DNA of 64,000 nucleotides from Eubacteriales bacterium (GTDB lineage Bacteria > Bacillota > Clostridia > Oscillospirales > CAG-272): NCBI GenBank assembly GCA_045133915.1, contig JBGUUX010000100.1, forward strand, positions 69 to 64,068, written 5' to 3'. Position numbers and translations under genes: made by a program. Below are positions 12,601-18,452 of the stretch, in pieces. Below the pieces are notes generated by a model. The model was not told where the DNA came from and did no database searches. It was given only the letters and a program-made list of their open reading frames with translations. Each line of letters begins with the position of its first letter. Within the stretch, counting starts at the first letter, position 1.

Positions 12601-14822
12601 GCAAGCTTGTTATTAGGGTCTATTTCAAGAGCCTCATCGACGAGCGCAGAAAGAATTTCGCCGTCGTACCTTGTCTTGTATGCTTTGTTCTCTCTGCTGT
12701 TATTCGCTATTCCTGTAGCACCCATCATACCTGTCTGCGCTGCAGTAACAACACCACCGGCGCCAGCACCACCGATAAATCCGCCAATAGCCGAATCAAG
12801 CAGCTCAGCCCACCAATCCTGAGTCGCCTGCTTCTTTGCGTCTGTATCGGACAGACCGGCCATCTTATACTGCTTTATCGCAGATGCAATAGAACTCTTG
12901 TCCTGCCCGATAACTTCATCAGCTATAGTGCTCGAAATTGCTGAAATAACTTCCTCTCCGCCTTCATATAAGCCCTGCAGAAATACGTTGGTTGAGTTCT
13001 TAAACAGGCTCTTTAAGAATGCACCAACCGTGGCAGTGTCCCAAGACGTATCAATCTCGATCAACTTTTCCCATGTGATTTTCTCGGTGAAATATTCCGC
13101 AACACCGGAAATAACACCAACCGCCATAGCCTGTTCTGTTGTCTGGCCGTTTTTGATGCCCTCAATATATTTAGAGGATGCAGCCTGAGACGCCAGTATA
13201 AGACTACCGCCTACAGGACCAAGCATAGCCTGTGTCACATAGGACTGAACAGCAGAGGTTACACCGCCGTAAGCAGTGCCGGCAAGATTGCTCCAAAACT
13301 CGCTTCCGGTCTTATCCATAACCTCATTTTTAATATTTCCCGTAGCCGTTCCCGATACCGTTTCAGAAAATGCATTAGCATTATTATCATAGATATTGTC
13401 AAGCCCATAAGCAGAATGTTTGTCTTTTCCTGCATACGTAGCTCTTTCAAGGACATCCCCTGCAAACTCAACTGCTTGCGCGGGACCAGTAAAGAGATTT
13501 GCGACAGTAGTAAGTGCGGGATAGTCCTCTGCAGCCATCTCATAGCTTTTCTTCAGCTCTAACTGACGATTTCTGTCCTCGTTCCAGTCATGGTAGTACA
13601 GAAGTTCATCCCAATCATAGCCCTTACGGGAAAGGATGCCCTTATGTTTCTGCTGTCCGCTATAGCTGCCGTCTATGAGCTGCAGATAGGTCTCATAAAT
13701 AAGCTGATTTATAGATGCATTTGTATGTCCCTCTGTGTCTATACCATACTTGTTGATGATATAGTTGTATGCTTCCATATCCTCAGGATATACGGCGGCC
13801 CCTTCATCCTTTGCAGAGAGGGCTGCCATTGCCGCTTCCATTTCCTTTATATCCTGGTTATAGGACATAAGCTCATCATATGAGGTCTTAAGCGCATTAT
13901 CAGACTGAATAGCTGCTATTTTACCCTCTGTCTTTTTAACGGTTATAAGATTGTCGAGGGTAACAGCGCCGTGCTGATCGTAATACAGAACAGGATTTTT
14001 CTCTGTTATCGGTAAAGACATGGTTTTTTCGTAGATGATCTCTCCGATATAGGCAGGTGTGTTTACCTCAGTGTCTATATCGTATTTATCGACGATATAA
14101 TCATACGCCTGCGCATAATCAGGCATATTCTTTCTTATCCATTCGTCGGTTTTGCCTTCTTTCAAGAGATTGACGTAAAATCCGGCATATTCATGCTGCT
14201 GAACATCACTACCGATTGTTCCCTTATATGCTTCCAGCTCCTCAGCCGACTTGTTACCGTAATCAACGGAAGCGAGATAGTTATTATACTCTCCCTCCGA
14301 TCCGAAAGAAGAATAATATCTGCTTGTATCATAATTCGCCTTATCGAATTTAAGAAGGTCGGACTGATACTGATTAAACATTTCCTTTAACTCGTCGACG
14401 TTATCAAATTCATCCTCATGGTTATAGATGTAGTTATATACATCTTTGGAGGAATCGAGAACGTTTTTAAGATGCTTACCTGCATCTCCGCCATAATCAG
14501 CATCATACTTGTCAGCATTAGCTTTATTATAGCTTTCCATTTTCTCCATGGCGCTATATGCATCATCAAACCACTTAATAACGCCGTCAGCATCAATCTT
14601 ATCTGTCAGATACTTTGAACGCAGCTTCTCACGGTAGCTATCAAAGGGAGAGTTGCCGGAAGTTTTTACAGTTGTTTTATTGGCGCCCGAAGATGCAGGC
14701 TTATTTGTAGTGCCTGCAGAACTGCCGCCATTTTGCGTAGTTTTTTCTTCTTCGGACTTTGTATTACCCTTGAGGCCGTACTTGTTTTGCAGTTTCTTTC
14801 TGTATTCATCAAATGAGGACAT
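603..14822 (-). CDS. Giant (4,739 aa) polyvalent virion-associated protein: zincin-like motif, N6-adenine DNA methyltransferase and SNF2/DEAH helicase, plus large unassigned regions (DarB-like logic)
   Basis: Uninterrupted 14,220-nt ORF. Start is GGGAGG, 6 nt, ATG at 14822; stop is TAA at 603-605, followed by a terminator. Modules read from the translation:
- duplicated FD(E/S)YR(K/E)KL..KY motif near the N-terminus
- duplicated Y.YI..KY.IDTE motif at about aa 240 and 350
- Gly-rich hydrophobic stretches at about aa 530 and 678-702
- FAHEFTHF zincin motif at aa 1101
- LEPSSGVGNF and GNVPFG methyltransferase motifs
- GAGKT, DEAH and QRDGRAFR helicase motifs
- six C-terminal repeats of about 40 aa. 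Confidence 0.9.
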   Translation of the reverse strand: MSSFDEYRKKLQNKYGLKGNTKSEEEKTTQNGGSSAGTTNKPASSGANKTTVKTSGNSPFDSYREKLRSKYLTDKIDADGVIKWFDDAYSAMEKMESYNKANADKYDADYGGDAGKHLKNVLDSSKDVYNYIYNHEDEFDNVDELKEMFNQYQSDLLKFDKANYDTSRYYSSFGSEGEYNNYLASVDYGNKSAEELEAYKGTIGSDVQQHEYAGFYVNLLKEGKTDEWIRKNMPDYAQAYDYIVDKYDIDTEVNTPAYIGEIIYEKTMSLPITEKNPVLYYDQHGAVTLDNLITVKKTEGKIAAIQSDNALKTSYDELMSYNQDIKEMEAAMAALSAKDEGAAVYPEDMEAYNYIINKYGIDTEGHTNASINQLIYETYLQLIDGSYSGQQKHKGILSRKGYDWDELLYYHDWNEDRNRQLELKKSYEMAAEDYPALTTVANLFTGPAQAVEFAGDVLERATYAGKDKHSAYGLDNIYDNNANAFSETVSGTATGNIKNEVMDKTGSEFWSNLAGTAYGGVTSAVQSYVTQAMLGPVGGSLILASQAASSKYIEGIKNGQTTEQAMAVGVISGVAEYFTEKITWEKLIEIDTSWDTATVGAFLKSLFKNSTNVFLQGLYEGGEEVISAISSTIADEVIGQDKSSIASAIKQYKMAGLSDTDAKKQATQDWWAELLDSAIGGFIGGAGAGGVVTAAQTGMMGATGIANNSRENKAYKTRYDGEILSALVDEALEIDPNNKLAKQIKEKISSGKNVSGAQIKSLVQSNEAGIVEGDIAAIKSAAGTRLTDLGETADIDVISSALAKQAAGEELSETEQQAIRNSKYGEQVAEELNPDTVYFTDSAWTGKIDTARINPDVYSRLVDEAQITQEGTKTPESTTPTLTKNAPQKAEIEPVEDAAEASDVEEDVITIEEASKKYGAQAQAMIHTYHEGQDVAKYDAAYEQAYNMGNSGVSLSYAMNSESTAYLTETQRELAYKAGMAASDTAATEKEAANKKLVNGKTGRKKGVVRGEGVTISDLKKTFNDRQNTAYKLLSTYAEATGVDIVLYRSEANAEGRYEGAQGKYKHSEPGTIYIDINAGLSKIKDVNDLAKYTMLRTFAHEFTHFIENWNPVQYNVFRKVVFDTLTERGENVQDLIEEKQAANPGMSYDKASREVVAEAMTDILPNANFVEKLAINHKTIFDKLLEKLKEFVNILREYFNSIGHNRSREANALKEQVGDAVHYVESIVNLFDNVAVQAVENYQATVAEDVVAETVDEKVSETKSKTKVAEPKTKTEPKTTTSEHGFTITDNVERGSLEITFNEKPSDAVRDVLKENKFRWHGKNKVWYGYAEREAITEALNKAYEAEVKPVESAPKSFAEVMENATQEERDEVVEAINANTKLTHIAPTEIREQVVTEEAITPTENIEEATTNGTENVDNGQTVLGSDADGQGTSRLLDGSQVEDVQETSSGGDTVTDSSERGTETSRDDDRPDTTDRSGRSEGVSEVGDLRRNDELTPEQETEIKAEQLHEEVEKQIEQKSTEKPKGNNFVIGDSLNLPTGEKARFRANVDAIRLIKQLATEDRYATAAEQEILSKYVGWGGLANAFGEMKYNRDTRRSEMTAKDGWASEFEELRSLVDEGVITEQEYKDMSASTKNAHYTSVEVIKAMYDGLKQLGFKGGRMLEPSSGVGNFVGAMPADMSAKVNSWTMVELDRITGQIAKYLYPNSDVRIQGFETANIPDNYMDVAIGNVPFGNFGVVDRTYPKRVTKSIHNYFFAKSIDKVRPGGIVMFITSSFTMDSKDAAIRQYMMERADLLGAIRLPNTSFKDNAGTEVVTDILILKKREGGTEYSGADFLNADYDYNHGSYVSNYFKEHPEMVLGTPVTKSGMYGSRTLTYEPLKDRGTIDDQIREAFKNIKGEMTYIAKLSPEKTNFAVERATKKTKAGGFVVNKDGSISRSENGQLVKYDTDEKTAKRIAGMLGIRDAYRTLANNLQQGVDAKIVKQSRKALNTAYDSFVKEYGYINSPANRKAIDSDPDSYSILSLENYDVKKKTATKADIFTKDTISANKTVTHVDSVSEGVIASLNLTGGVDTELIAKLTSRTVEDVTNEVIASRLAFKTRNGTLVARESYLAGNVRAKLREAESLVPYDKDYAHNIEELRRVIPKDIPYNEIYITPGATFIPNEVYADFIAHMLGGRNNPNSYSGPDVEVGRTVSGEFKITLNNKRLKASYYNTQTWGTARKSFLELIDAMMGSRTVKVNDTVEGPDGKKISVLNEAETEAANEKVKAIQKEFEDWLWKDETRRTELAKLYNETFNAIVNPKYDGSNLTVNGINADFKLREHQANAVHRIISSGGNTLLAHRVGAGKTLEMAAAAMKLRELGVVKKPVFVVPKALVAQWGVEFHSYFPASRILVADDKSFTPANRKVFTNKIANGDYDAVIVSYEQFEKIPMSAEYQTKFYEEQIDEIINAIAEEKAESRDGKGLTVKEMEKKKAQLEKKLKELTSKPKDEDNIDFEMLGIDSLFVDEAHNFKNLEYVSKMTNVAGLGSAKGSQRAFDLYTKVRYLQGMNGGRGIVFATATPVMNSMVELYIMQRYLQPDVLEQLGLKSFDAWAKQFGEVVNKWEINPSGTGMRQKQVFANFRNLNELQLLFRSFSDVLTDVPGLKIPKMKGGAVKIVECEPGQFQKDYMLQLQKRAEVVKSVDPSIDNMLKITSDGRKVSYTQRMIDPSLPYEAGSKIYRCCENVLAEYKDSSSIKGTQIIFCDMATPKGSDKNKVDNTADNVDDAFDEGSAKLYDDMRAYLVKAGIPAKEIAFIHEADSDAKRKQLFADVNDGKVRVLIGSTGKMGVGMNAQKRIVAIHHLDAPWRPGDVEQRDGRAFRQKNINEEVSKYVYVTKGSFDSRLWDILDRKQHFIGQIMNGEDVGRTAEDTGEVTLSAAEVKALASGNPLIEEQTKLTDAIKKLENLQKAYNSSIRLAKTKLSDDEQKIAYYTTRIANIREDIKSRVDTYSEGKFSMNVGGQVYTDKKDAGAALAAEIAAKAVQGTYVTVGTFAGFELKVLRETAEYKGLIQGNATYKFNVYLTNTTRMVNHIGEIIAGFENMITYAEQSLSDVNADLKAQQEIISKPFEKAEELAEKRARFNEVMELLAPKTEQQHGSDSEDVQYQARAYLGEERYSYEWFVNKPDMAVTSVDDSVKYKRADIVSFALKNAASVGYTNENGNAVVHVNDIDTDVIVPKRSLVHGLDRRINTQAPVLVEIGNVLKNAIRVNELIPRAVEIKNAYVLIGAAQNQNGNLYIASFVVNKYSNEVSEIDVLYSANAKKESAALLPKITDKSATPTDSTISIAELLEYVNRYFPDVLPESVLKHFGHDARPEGTIGEDALYQQRTSTLTNREILAMAAGDINIGELTPGEQDALNIFQKHLARLEELQEKRIEQGRLYKEQQFGEKVDREAAAETLNRMHILDDQIKAENDDLFTIEEKAVLRKVLEKARKVIEQAEREHGKEILKRWRDRRNNAADIKKYRERIRADVDELSNWVLHPNNKDVVKHIPDALKGSVIPFLSSINFMSKQSLKGGNPTVADKEFIKRMNDLKATLKPHANVGDMYNGYTDLPENFMDRLDTFITAAQALVENNNGEFIINQMTAAELKELSLVVRNLKAYIQNFNKFHVNAMFQHVYEAGDDTILSLGAMKSAGPHTGNISNFVLWQQMRPAYAFERFGDGGKAIYDGLRRGQATLAFNTKKIQEFAEKAYTAAEVKAWEKEIKEIRVGGDIIKMPVSTIMSFYELSKRSQALGHILGEGIRVATFKANDKKISDVGHTLTQNDVKRIIATLTPRQKEVADTLQKFMQEQGGKWGNYVSVKRFGEELFGEENYFPINSDGRHLSVNAEEHPAAASLYALLNMGFTKSTQEGAKNRIVLYSIFDVFANHMASMAQYNAFALPVVDAIKWFNYQQKSEPDENGARAVLGSVRDQMDRVYGVPEETRPGSGRQGYAQTFVINILKAFNGTEAQGVPTDTTGLNALRQYNMAQVAYNLRVVMQQPMAITRAAQVIDYSSILKGMKLDPKAIQRNIEEMQKYSGIAAWKSLGFYDINISRGLTEIIKHRSTVLDKVNDVGMWGAEKADLMTWAAMWSAAKQEVIKKQKLTPKSEGFYEAVTELFEEVIYKTQVVDSVLTKNEYLRSKGVVARYLGSFMSEPTTTASMLVDAYDKYHADIQRGFTKQEAWKRNKDKIIRTAYVYAISAVMLAAVQAVADAWRDDDDYENFLEKWLEAFKGNVIDELVPINKLPILSDVYELLKELLSVFGVDTYGNAPQSVIMQWWDVLVDGIKILHDRRSGADTNYTWYGGVYKLLQAIAGMTGLPMATTTREFVTAWNSTVGSMAPSLKVKSYEPSEQAQIKYAYQDGYLTAEEATKELIEKGIVDTENEAYFIIAEWEDPDGSYSRYDKLYDAVRNGGDFGAAMDELVSHGYTEKDVLSQLKGEIGTWYKEGKITKQQATSMLTKHFNMDSEEITAAVNKWSSKVVTGIEFDDIKTKYLDGEITASRAVEMYVRYGGYTKAQAQQKVSEWDFEEKHGYTYGNRSEQFKEGNISAAELINIMVSFDGKTMEEAQSSLASYTKSGYEEGYFARSKAIDIMIEHGGLTMDEAETKVQHIDFKREYPGYELTEVQVSTYYNELAYTGLGVPEYAQYVEERKGIKGVDADGDGKTDAGSVKSQVMIVIDSLPITTEQKDALYYLNGWAASRIYEAPWH
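888..1658 (-). repeat. Six degenerate ~36-45-aa tandem protein repeats at the C-terminus of the giant protein
   Basis: The units are AYQDGYLTAEEATKELIEKG..., LYDAVRNGGDFGAAMDELVSHGYT..., WYKEGKITKQQATSMLTKHF..., KYLDGEITASRAVEMYVRYGGYTKAQAQQKVSEW, QFKEGNISAAELINIMVSFDGKTMEEAQ and GYEEGYFARSKAIDIMIEHGGLTMDEAETKV. The consensus is roughly aromatic-x-x-G-x-I-T/S-x3-A-x3-hydrophobic-x3-GG-x-T-x2-EA-x2-KV. Confidence 0.6.
6226..7800 (-). other. SNF2/DEAH-box helicase core within the giant protein
   Basis: Motif I is LLAHRVGAGKTLEMAAAA (7741-7800, about aa 2341). Motif II is FVDEAHNFKN (7268-7292, about aa 2511). Motif VI is QRDGRAFRQ (6226-6252, about aa 2858). Confidence 0.85.
9612..10238 (-). 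other. Gamma-class N6-adenine DNA methyltransferase core within the giant protein
   Basis: The module begins at GNNFVIGDSLNLPTGEKARFRANVDAIRLIKQL...EQEILSKYVGWGGLANAF (about aa 1529). The AdoMet motif is MLEPSSGVGNFVG (about 9795-9830). The catalytic motif IV variant is AIGNVPFG (9612-9628). Confidence 0.8.
10328..10582 (-). CDS. Candidate nested gene (84 aa) in the +1 frame of the giant ORF; TnpV-like sequence pattern
   Basis: ATG at 10582 is preceded by AGGAGG (10597-10592) with a 9-nt spacer; stop is TGA at 10328-10330. The translation MAQKMLITDKQYWDLTPMGRELHDYWMDHKSKMYRKLHQEGTLLQTLQSEGQRLHEMM... looks helical and protein-like. The giant frame over the same nucleotides is D/S/T/G/E/R-rich low complexity. 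The family resemblance is from memory only. Confidence 0.3.
   Translation of the reverse strand: MAQKMLITDKQYWDLTPMGRELHDYWMDHKSKMYRKLHQEGTLLQTLQSEGQRLHEMMIDLTQQIGLAGARELVRSEIYDEMMS
11400..11650 (-). other. Zincin-like HExxH metallopeptidase motif region of the giant protein
   Basis: YTMLRTFAHEFTHFIENWNPVQY, with HEFTH encoded at 11522-11508 (aa 1101-1105). The context resembles the metallopeptidase modules seen in phage and conjugative-element polyvalent proteins. Confidence 0.55.
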
Positions 14823-14834
14823 AGTAAACCTCCC

Positions 14835-15758
14835 TTAATATGTATTCCCTCTCGGTGCGTAGGTGTTCTTGTATGAATTATACTGTGCCTGAGTTATTAC
14901 TCCACTTTTGAGAGCCTGTCTGAGATAATTATTTATTTCGCTTTTTGCAGCTCCATTACGAATTAGAGTATTCAACTCATCTTCTATATCAAACTCAGGC
15001 TCGGGATCGGGCTCGGGGTCAGGAGTCGGTGTAGGAGTAGTGTTCGTATTTGAGCCGCTGCTACCACTGCTTGACCTACCTGAACTACCTGAACTTTTCG
15101 ACGTAGACGCCGCCGCTTCCGCTTTCTGCTCTTTGTAGTAGTTGAGATAGGCTGCAGCCTCGCCGTTGCTCATACCTGCCGCGGTAAGCTCTTCGGTACT
15201 GGGTGTATATCCGGTAGTAGTTATAAGCGAAACAAGCTTTTCGTAAGAATCCTGCTGACGAATATACTCATTGTCAGCTCTATTTGTAAGGTAGTCCACC
15301 TTCTGCCACCAATTACTGAGATCATCCTGAAATTTGCTATACTCATCGTCGCGCATGCTTCCGGCCATAGAGAATTGATTAAGTAAATCCTGCCCTTCCT
15401 GGTTGTACTGGTCAAGGGCCATACCGTAAAGTTCGGGCACAACATCATTAAGCTTCTGAAGATACTCCTGATAAGCCTGATTACCTGCCGTTACACCGTA
15501 AGAACTACCGTAACCGCCCGTAAGAGCTGCCGCCTTTCCCATCGTGTCCATCATAGCCTGCTTCCCTCCGAGAATATACTGGTCCTTATACTGCTTGTAG
15601 AGTGCATCTCCGTCGATGTCATAGGAGAACTTTTTTCTGTTTGCTATTTGCTTATATGCATCATCAAGCTGTTGCTCGTAAGTACCTGCATAAGTAGGCT
15701 TTGTTGCATCGGCATCCTCTAAAAGGTCATAGTATGTTTTCTTTTTATTATCATCCAT
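14835..15758 (-). CDS. Hypothetical virion-module protein (307 aa from the preferred start), with a Ser/Thr/Pro/Asp-rich linker near the C-terminus
   Basis: ORF 14835-15794. The preferred start is ATG at 15758 (MDDNKKK), preceded by AGGAGG and 5 nt, and overlapping the upstream stop (AATGGATGA). The low-complexity stretch is SSGSSGRSSSGSSGSNTNTTPTPTPDPEPDPEPE. Confidence 0.7.
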   Translation of the reverse strand: MDDNKKKTYYDLLEDADATKPTYAGTYEQQLDDAYKQIANRKKFSYDIDGDALYKQYKDQYILGGKQAMMDTMGKAAALTGGYGSSYGVTAGNQAYQEYLQKLNDVVPELYGMALDQYNQEGQDLLNQFSMAGSMRDDEYSKFQDDLSNWWQKVDYLTNRADNEYIRQQDSYEKLVSLITTTGYTPSTEELTAAGMSNGEAAAYLNYYKEQKAEAAASTSKSSGSSGRSSSGSSGSNTNTTPTPTPDPEPDPEPEFDIEDELNTLIRNGAAKSEINNYLRQALKSGVITQAQYNSYKNTYAPRGNTY

Positions 15759-15933
15759 TTTTGCCTCCTGTAATGTTTTCGATTTTCTTTTCAAGGTTAG
15801 CTATTTTACCCTCGTATTCTTCGCAGATCAAATTTAAACTCTCTGTCAAACGGAAGAGATGACGGTGCATTTCTGATATATCCTCACGAGGATGACCCGT
15901 CTGTGTTCTTGGATAATCAAAGCGCTTTGCCAT
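15751..15933 (-). CDS. Small hypothetical protein (60 aa)
   Basis: Translationally coupled at both ends: a TAATG overlap with the 590-aa gene at 15933, and its stop overlaps the next ATG. Confidence 0.55.
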   Translation of the reverse strand: MAKRFDYPRTQTGHPREDISEMHRHLFRLTESLNLICEEYEGKIANLEKKIENITGGKNG

Positions 15934-17705
15934 TACAAATCACTTCCCTGTTCTATGGATTTTACGATAGAATATATCTTCACGTCTCCCTGTCCTTCGA
16001 TACGGAGTCTCAGGTGATCACAACGCCTCGGTCTAACGGGAACCGAGAAGCTTCTCAGGCTCGTCCCTCTGAACGAACAAGCCTTCACCCACTCACCCTC
16101 CGAGTCATACTGGATATAGAAGTCGGCTCTCGCTCCTATCTCAAGGCTCAGACGGATAAGCAGTCGTGATATATATTTTTTATCGGGATATTCTGCCGAC
16201 AGGATACCCGTTTCGAGCATCCACTCTACACTGTCCTCGGTTACATCTCCATCATCACCGATACATCGCAGTTCGGTTGTTTTATCATCAGCAACGTAAT
16301 ACAACCGTCCGTTATGAGCGCAACACTGTCTGAAGGATGTTTTGTCCTCCTTATGCCACAGCTTTTTAACCGTATCGTACACCATAAGGTCTGCATCGCC
16401 TGACCCAAAGACTTTTTCAAGAGAAACGTAATACTTGTTATTTTTCGTGCCTGCTACAGCGCTTACATATCTCTCGTTACCGAGAGCATAACTTATACAG
16501 GTAGGCATCGAGCCATCATAAGCGTATATACCGTCCGATGATTTATAGTACAGAACGTTATTTACCACAGAAAGACTGTCCGAAGCATTTCCCGATACCC
16601 CGTTACACACAAGTTCTTGCACCTGATAGGGGGGATTTGAGTTGTATATTTTATACATCCTGTCATCCTTGAAGAAAATGGGTGTGCCGAGGTAATTAAC
16701 CGCGCCTGTGAAGAAACCGCCTGCCCCTACTGAAACTGTATAGCTGTCGGTAGACAGTCCCATATAGCATCGCCAGTTTTTGAAGTCACCGAGTTTAGAA
16801 GCATATATCTCATTAAGCATTCCGGGAGTCTCCACATCATACTTGCATCCCCACAGCCTGTTGCCAGCTTCGATGACAAAGTCCATATCGGGCATCTCTC
16901 TTGTAACAGAAATCGTATTACTATAGGTGAAGTTCCTGTCTATGATGCCGGGAACAACGATATAATCATCGCCCTTCGCCCAAATGATCTTATCGCCGTT
17001 GAGATCCCCCACGCTCTTCTTCCAGTTTTCATCTTCTGAGGAACTTTCAAATCCTGTTATCCTGACTCCGTCATACTCCTGAAAGTTTTTTCCGATACCC
17101 GTTGCACTTATCTTTACATAGCTTGTGGGAACGCTCACCCACATACCTAAACTTTCCGAATACTGTTTCAGGGTATGAGGCACAGACGAAGTGTCTATCC
17201 AATAATCAAGATTACTGGGATCAGTTGGAGCGTTTGCCTGCGCAGGAGTTCCTGTTATCTCAGCGCCGTCAAGCGTACATATCCTCAACACCACGGTGTC
17301 GGTACTACGGTAGGATGCCTCGATATCTCCGTAACTCATATCGGCGGTATTTACCCACTTTTTATCGGGAAGCACGATAACGTACGCTCCCATCACAACA
17401 AGCTGCTTGTGTGTCCTTGGTGAAAAACCCATATTTATTCGTTTGCCATTTACAACTATATCAGTGCCTTCTGTATAACAAAAGGTGTCTCCCACCGATA
17501 CTATACCGCTGATACCGTACTCATCTGTTCCCTCTATTACCCTTCTTCTCTTTTCTCTCGGTGCAAGCAAAGGATATAGGTCAGAGGACATATTTTTCAT
17601 ATCGTAAAACTCTCCATCGCCGATACGGAGATTGTGGTTATAGCCGCAGAATGTCTGTACCATATCTCTGGCGGTTTCCAGCACGTTAAGTGTAGGATAT
17701 TTCAT
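15933..17705 (-). CDS. Hypothetical virion protein (590 aa) with beta-propeller-like repeated strands
   Basis: Start context AAGGAGGAAAATATG. Recurrent motifs typical of propeller blades: NRLWGCKYD, RMYKIYN, NVLYYKSSDGIYAYDG, NKYYVSLEK...LMVYD and GRLYYVADD. Confidence 0.6.
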   Translation of the reverse strand: MKYPTLNVLETARDMVQTFCGYNHNLRIGDGEFYDMKNMSSDLYPLLAPREKRRRVIEGTDEYGISGIVSVGDTFCYTEGTDIVVNGKRINMGFSPRTHKQLVVMGAYVIVLPDKKWVNTADMSYGDIEASYRSTDTVVLRICTLDGAEITGTPAQANAPTDPSNLDYWIDTSSVPHTLKQYSESLGMWVSVPTSYVKISATGIGKNFQEYDGVRITGFESSSEDENWKKSVGDLNGDKIIWAKGDDYIVVPGIIDRNFTYSNTISVTREMPDMDFVIEAGNRLWGCKYDVETPGMLNEIYASKLGDFKNWRCYMGLSTDSYTVSVGAGGFFTGAVNYLGTPIFFKDDRMYKIYNSNPPYQVQELVCNGVSGNASDSLSVVNNVLYYKSSDGIYAYDGSMPTCISYALGNERYVSAVAGTKNNKYYVSLEKVFGSGDADLMVYDTVKKLWHKEDKTSFRQCCAHNGRLYYVADDKTTELRCIGDDGDVTEDSVEWMLETGILSAEYPDKKYISRLLIRLSLEIGARADFYIQYDSEGEWVKACSFRGTSLRSFSVPVRPRRCDHLRLRIEGQGDVKIYSIVKSIEQGSDL

Positions 17706-17722
17706 ATTTTCCTCCTTTGTTT

Positions 17723-18097
17723 TTAGAATATGAAACGATTGCCACCACTCTTTGGCATATTGTTTCTGTTATAATAATTTGCATAGGCTTGATAAGCCGC
17801 ATTGAACATAAGTATTGAGTTGTTATACTTGGCATATTCACCGTTGGTATAGTCTATCTGTGCTTCCAGGTATCTTATATACAGTTCGTCATAAGGAGCA
17901 GGTACTAAGAGAACCGTTTCAAGATCTGTCCCCTCGGTATAACCTGCAAACAATACACTCTCGGAACCTTCGTGGGTATCAATGATATTCTTTTTTATCA
18001 TTGTATCCACTCTCGAAAGCCAGCCTATCTTATCAGCGGGAATATATGTATTGACCTTTAAGCTATCTATCTGTGTTATCGCTTCATTAATAGTCAC
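17723..18097 (-). CDS. Hypothetical head-completion/connector-position protein (124 aa)
   Basis: GTG start at 18097 after AGGAGA. Located two genes after the capsid gene. No diagnostic motif. Confidence 0.5.
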   Translation of the reverse strand: MTINEAITQIDSLKVNTYIPADKIGWLSRVDTMIKKNIIDTHEGSESVLFAGYTEGTDLETVLLVPAPYDELYIRYLEAQIDYTNGEYAKYNNSILMFNAAYQAYANYYNRNNMPKSGGNRFIF

Positions 18098-18145
18098 GGT
18101 TATTCTCCTATCTAAAACAAAGGGGAGCCTTAAGCCCCCCTTTAA

Positions 18146-18397
18146 TCATTTGGACGCTTCTGCTACAAGTGCGTCGATTTTATTATCCAGTTTTTCCTGC
18201 GCTCTGCGGGACCTGTCGATCTCCGCCTTTACGTATGCAGGTACCTTAACGGTCTTGCCCTTGGGTATGACGAAATTTTCGCCGTTAATAGACACAAAGT
18301 CATTAGGATCGTCAAGCTCAGAGGTCTTATGAATAAAAACCTCTACGTAGTCGTCCTTTGCAGCTTCAGGAGCTGCGTTGGTTCTGTTAGTTGCCAT
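18146..18397 (-). CDS. Small hypothetical protein after the capsid gene (83 aa)
   Basis: Start context TAAGGAGGAAAATATG. A weak hairpin follows at 18112-18140. Confidence 0.6.
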   Translation of the reverse strand: MATNRTNAAPEAAKDDYVEVFIHKTSELDDPNDFVSINGENFVIPKGKTVKVPAYVKAEIDRSRRAQEKLDNKIDALVAEASK

Positions 18398-18419
18398 ATT
18401 TTCCTCCTTAAAGGTTAAA

Positions 18420-18447
18420 GAGGGACAGGGCGTAAGCCTTGCCCCTC
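18420..18447 (-). terminator. Stem-loop immediately downstream of the major capsid gene (attenuator or mRNA stabiliser)
   Basis: GAGGGACAGGGC, GTAA loop, GCCTTGCCCCTC: a 12-bp stem with one mismatch and one G-U pair. On the minus strand it is followed by CUCUUUAACCUUU. Confidence 0.45.
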
Positions 18448-18452
18448 ACTGA

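Noticed and set aside
11154-12944. 596-aa plus-strand ORF, with many other plus-strand ORFs at 540-14838, antisense to the giant gene
   Set aside because: The translations are Cys/Leu/Ile/Phe-rich and lack motifs and ribosome-binding sites. They lie entirely opposite a strongly supported 14.2-kb coding frame. These are classic shadow ORFs of a long gene with biased codon usage.
13259-13543. Other same-strand alternative-frame ORFs inside the giant gene (for example 13259-13543, 14387-14596, 6428-6670, 3551-3781)
   Set aside because: Unlike the ORF at 10328-10582, they have no Shine-Dalgarno sequence at a proper distance and no family-like pattern. The giant frame over them encodes well-formed, non-low-complexity sequence.
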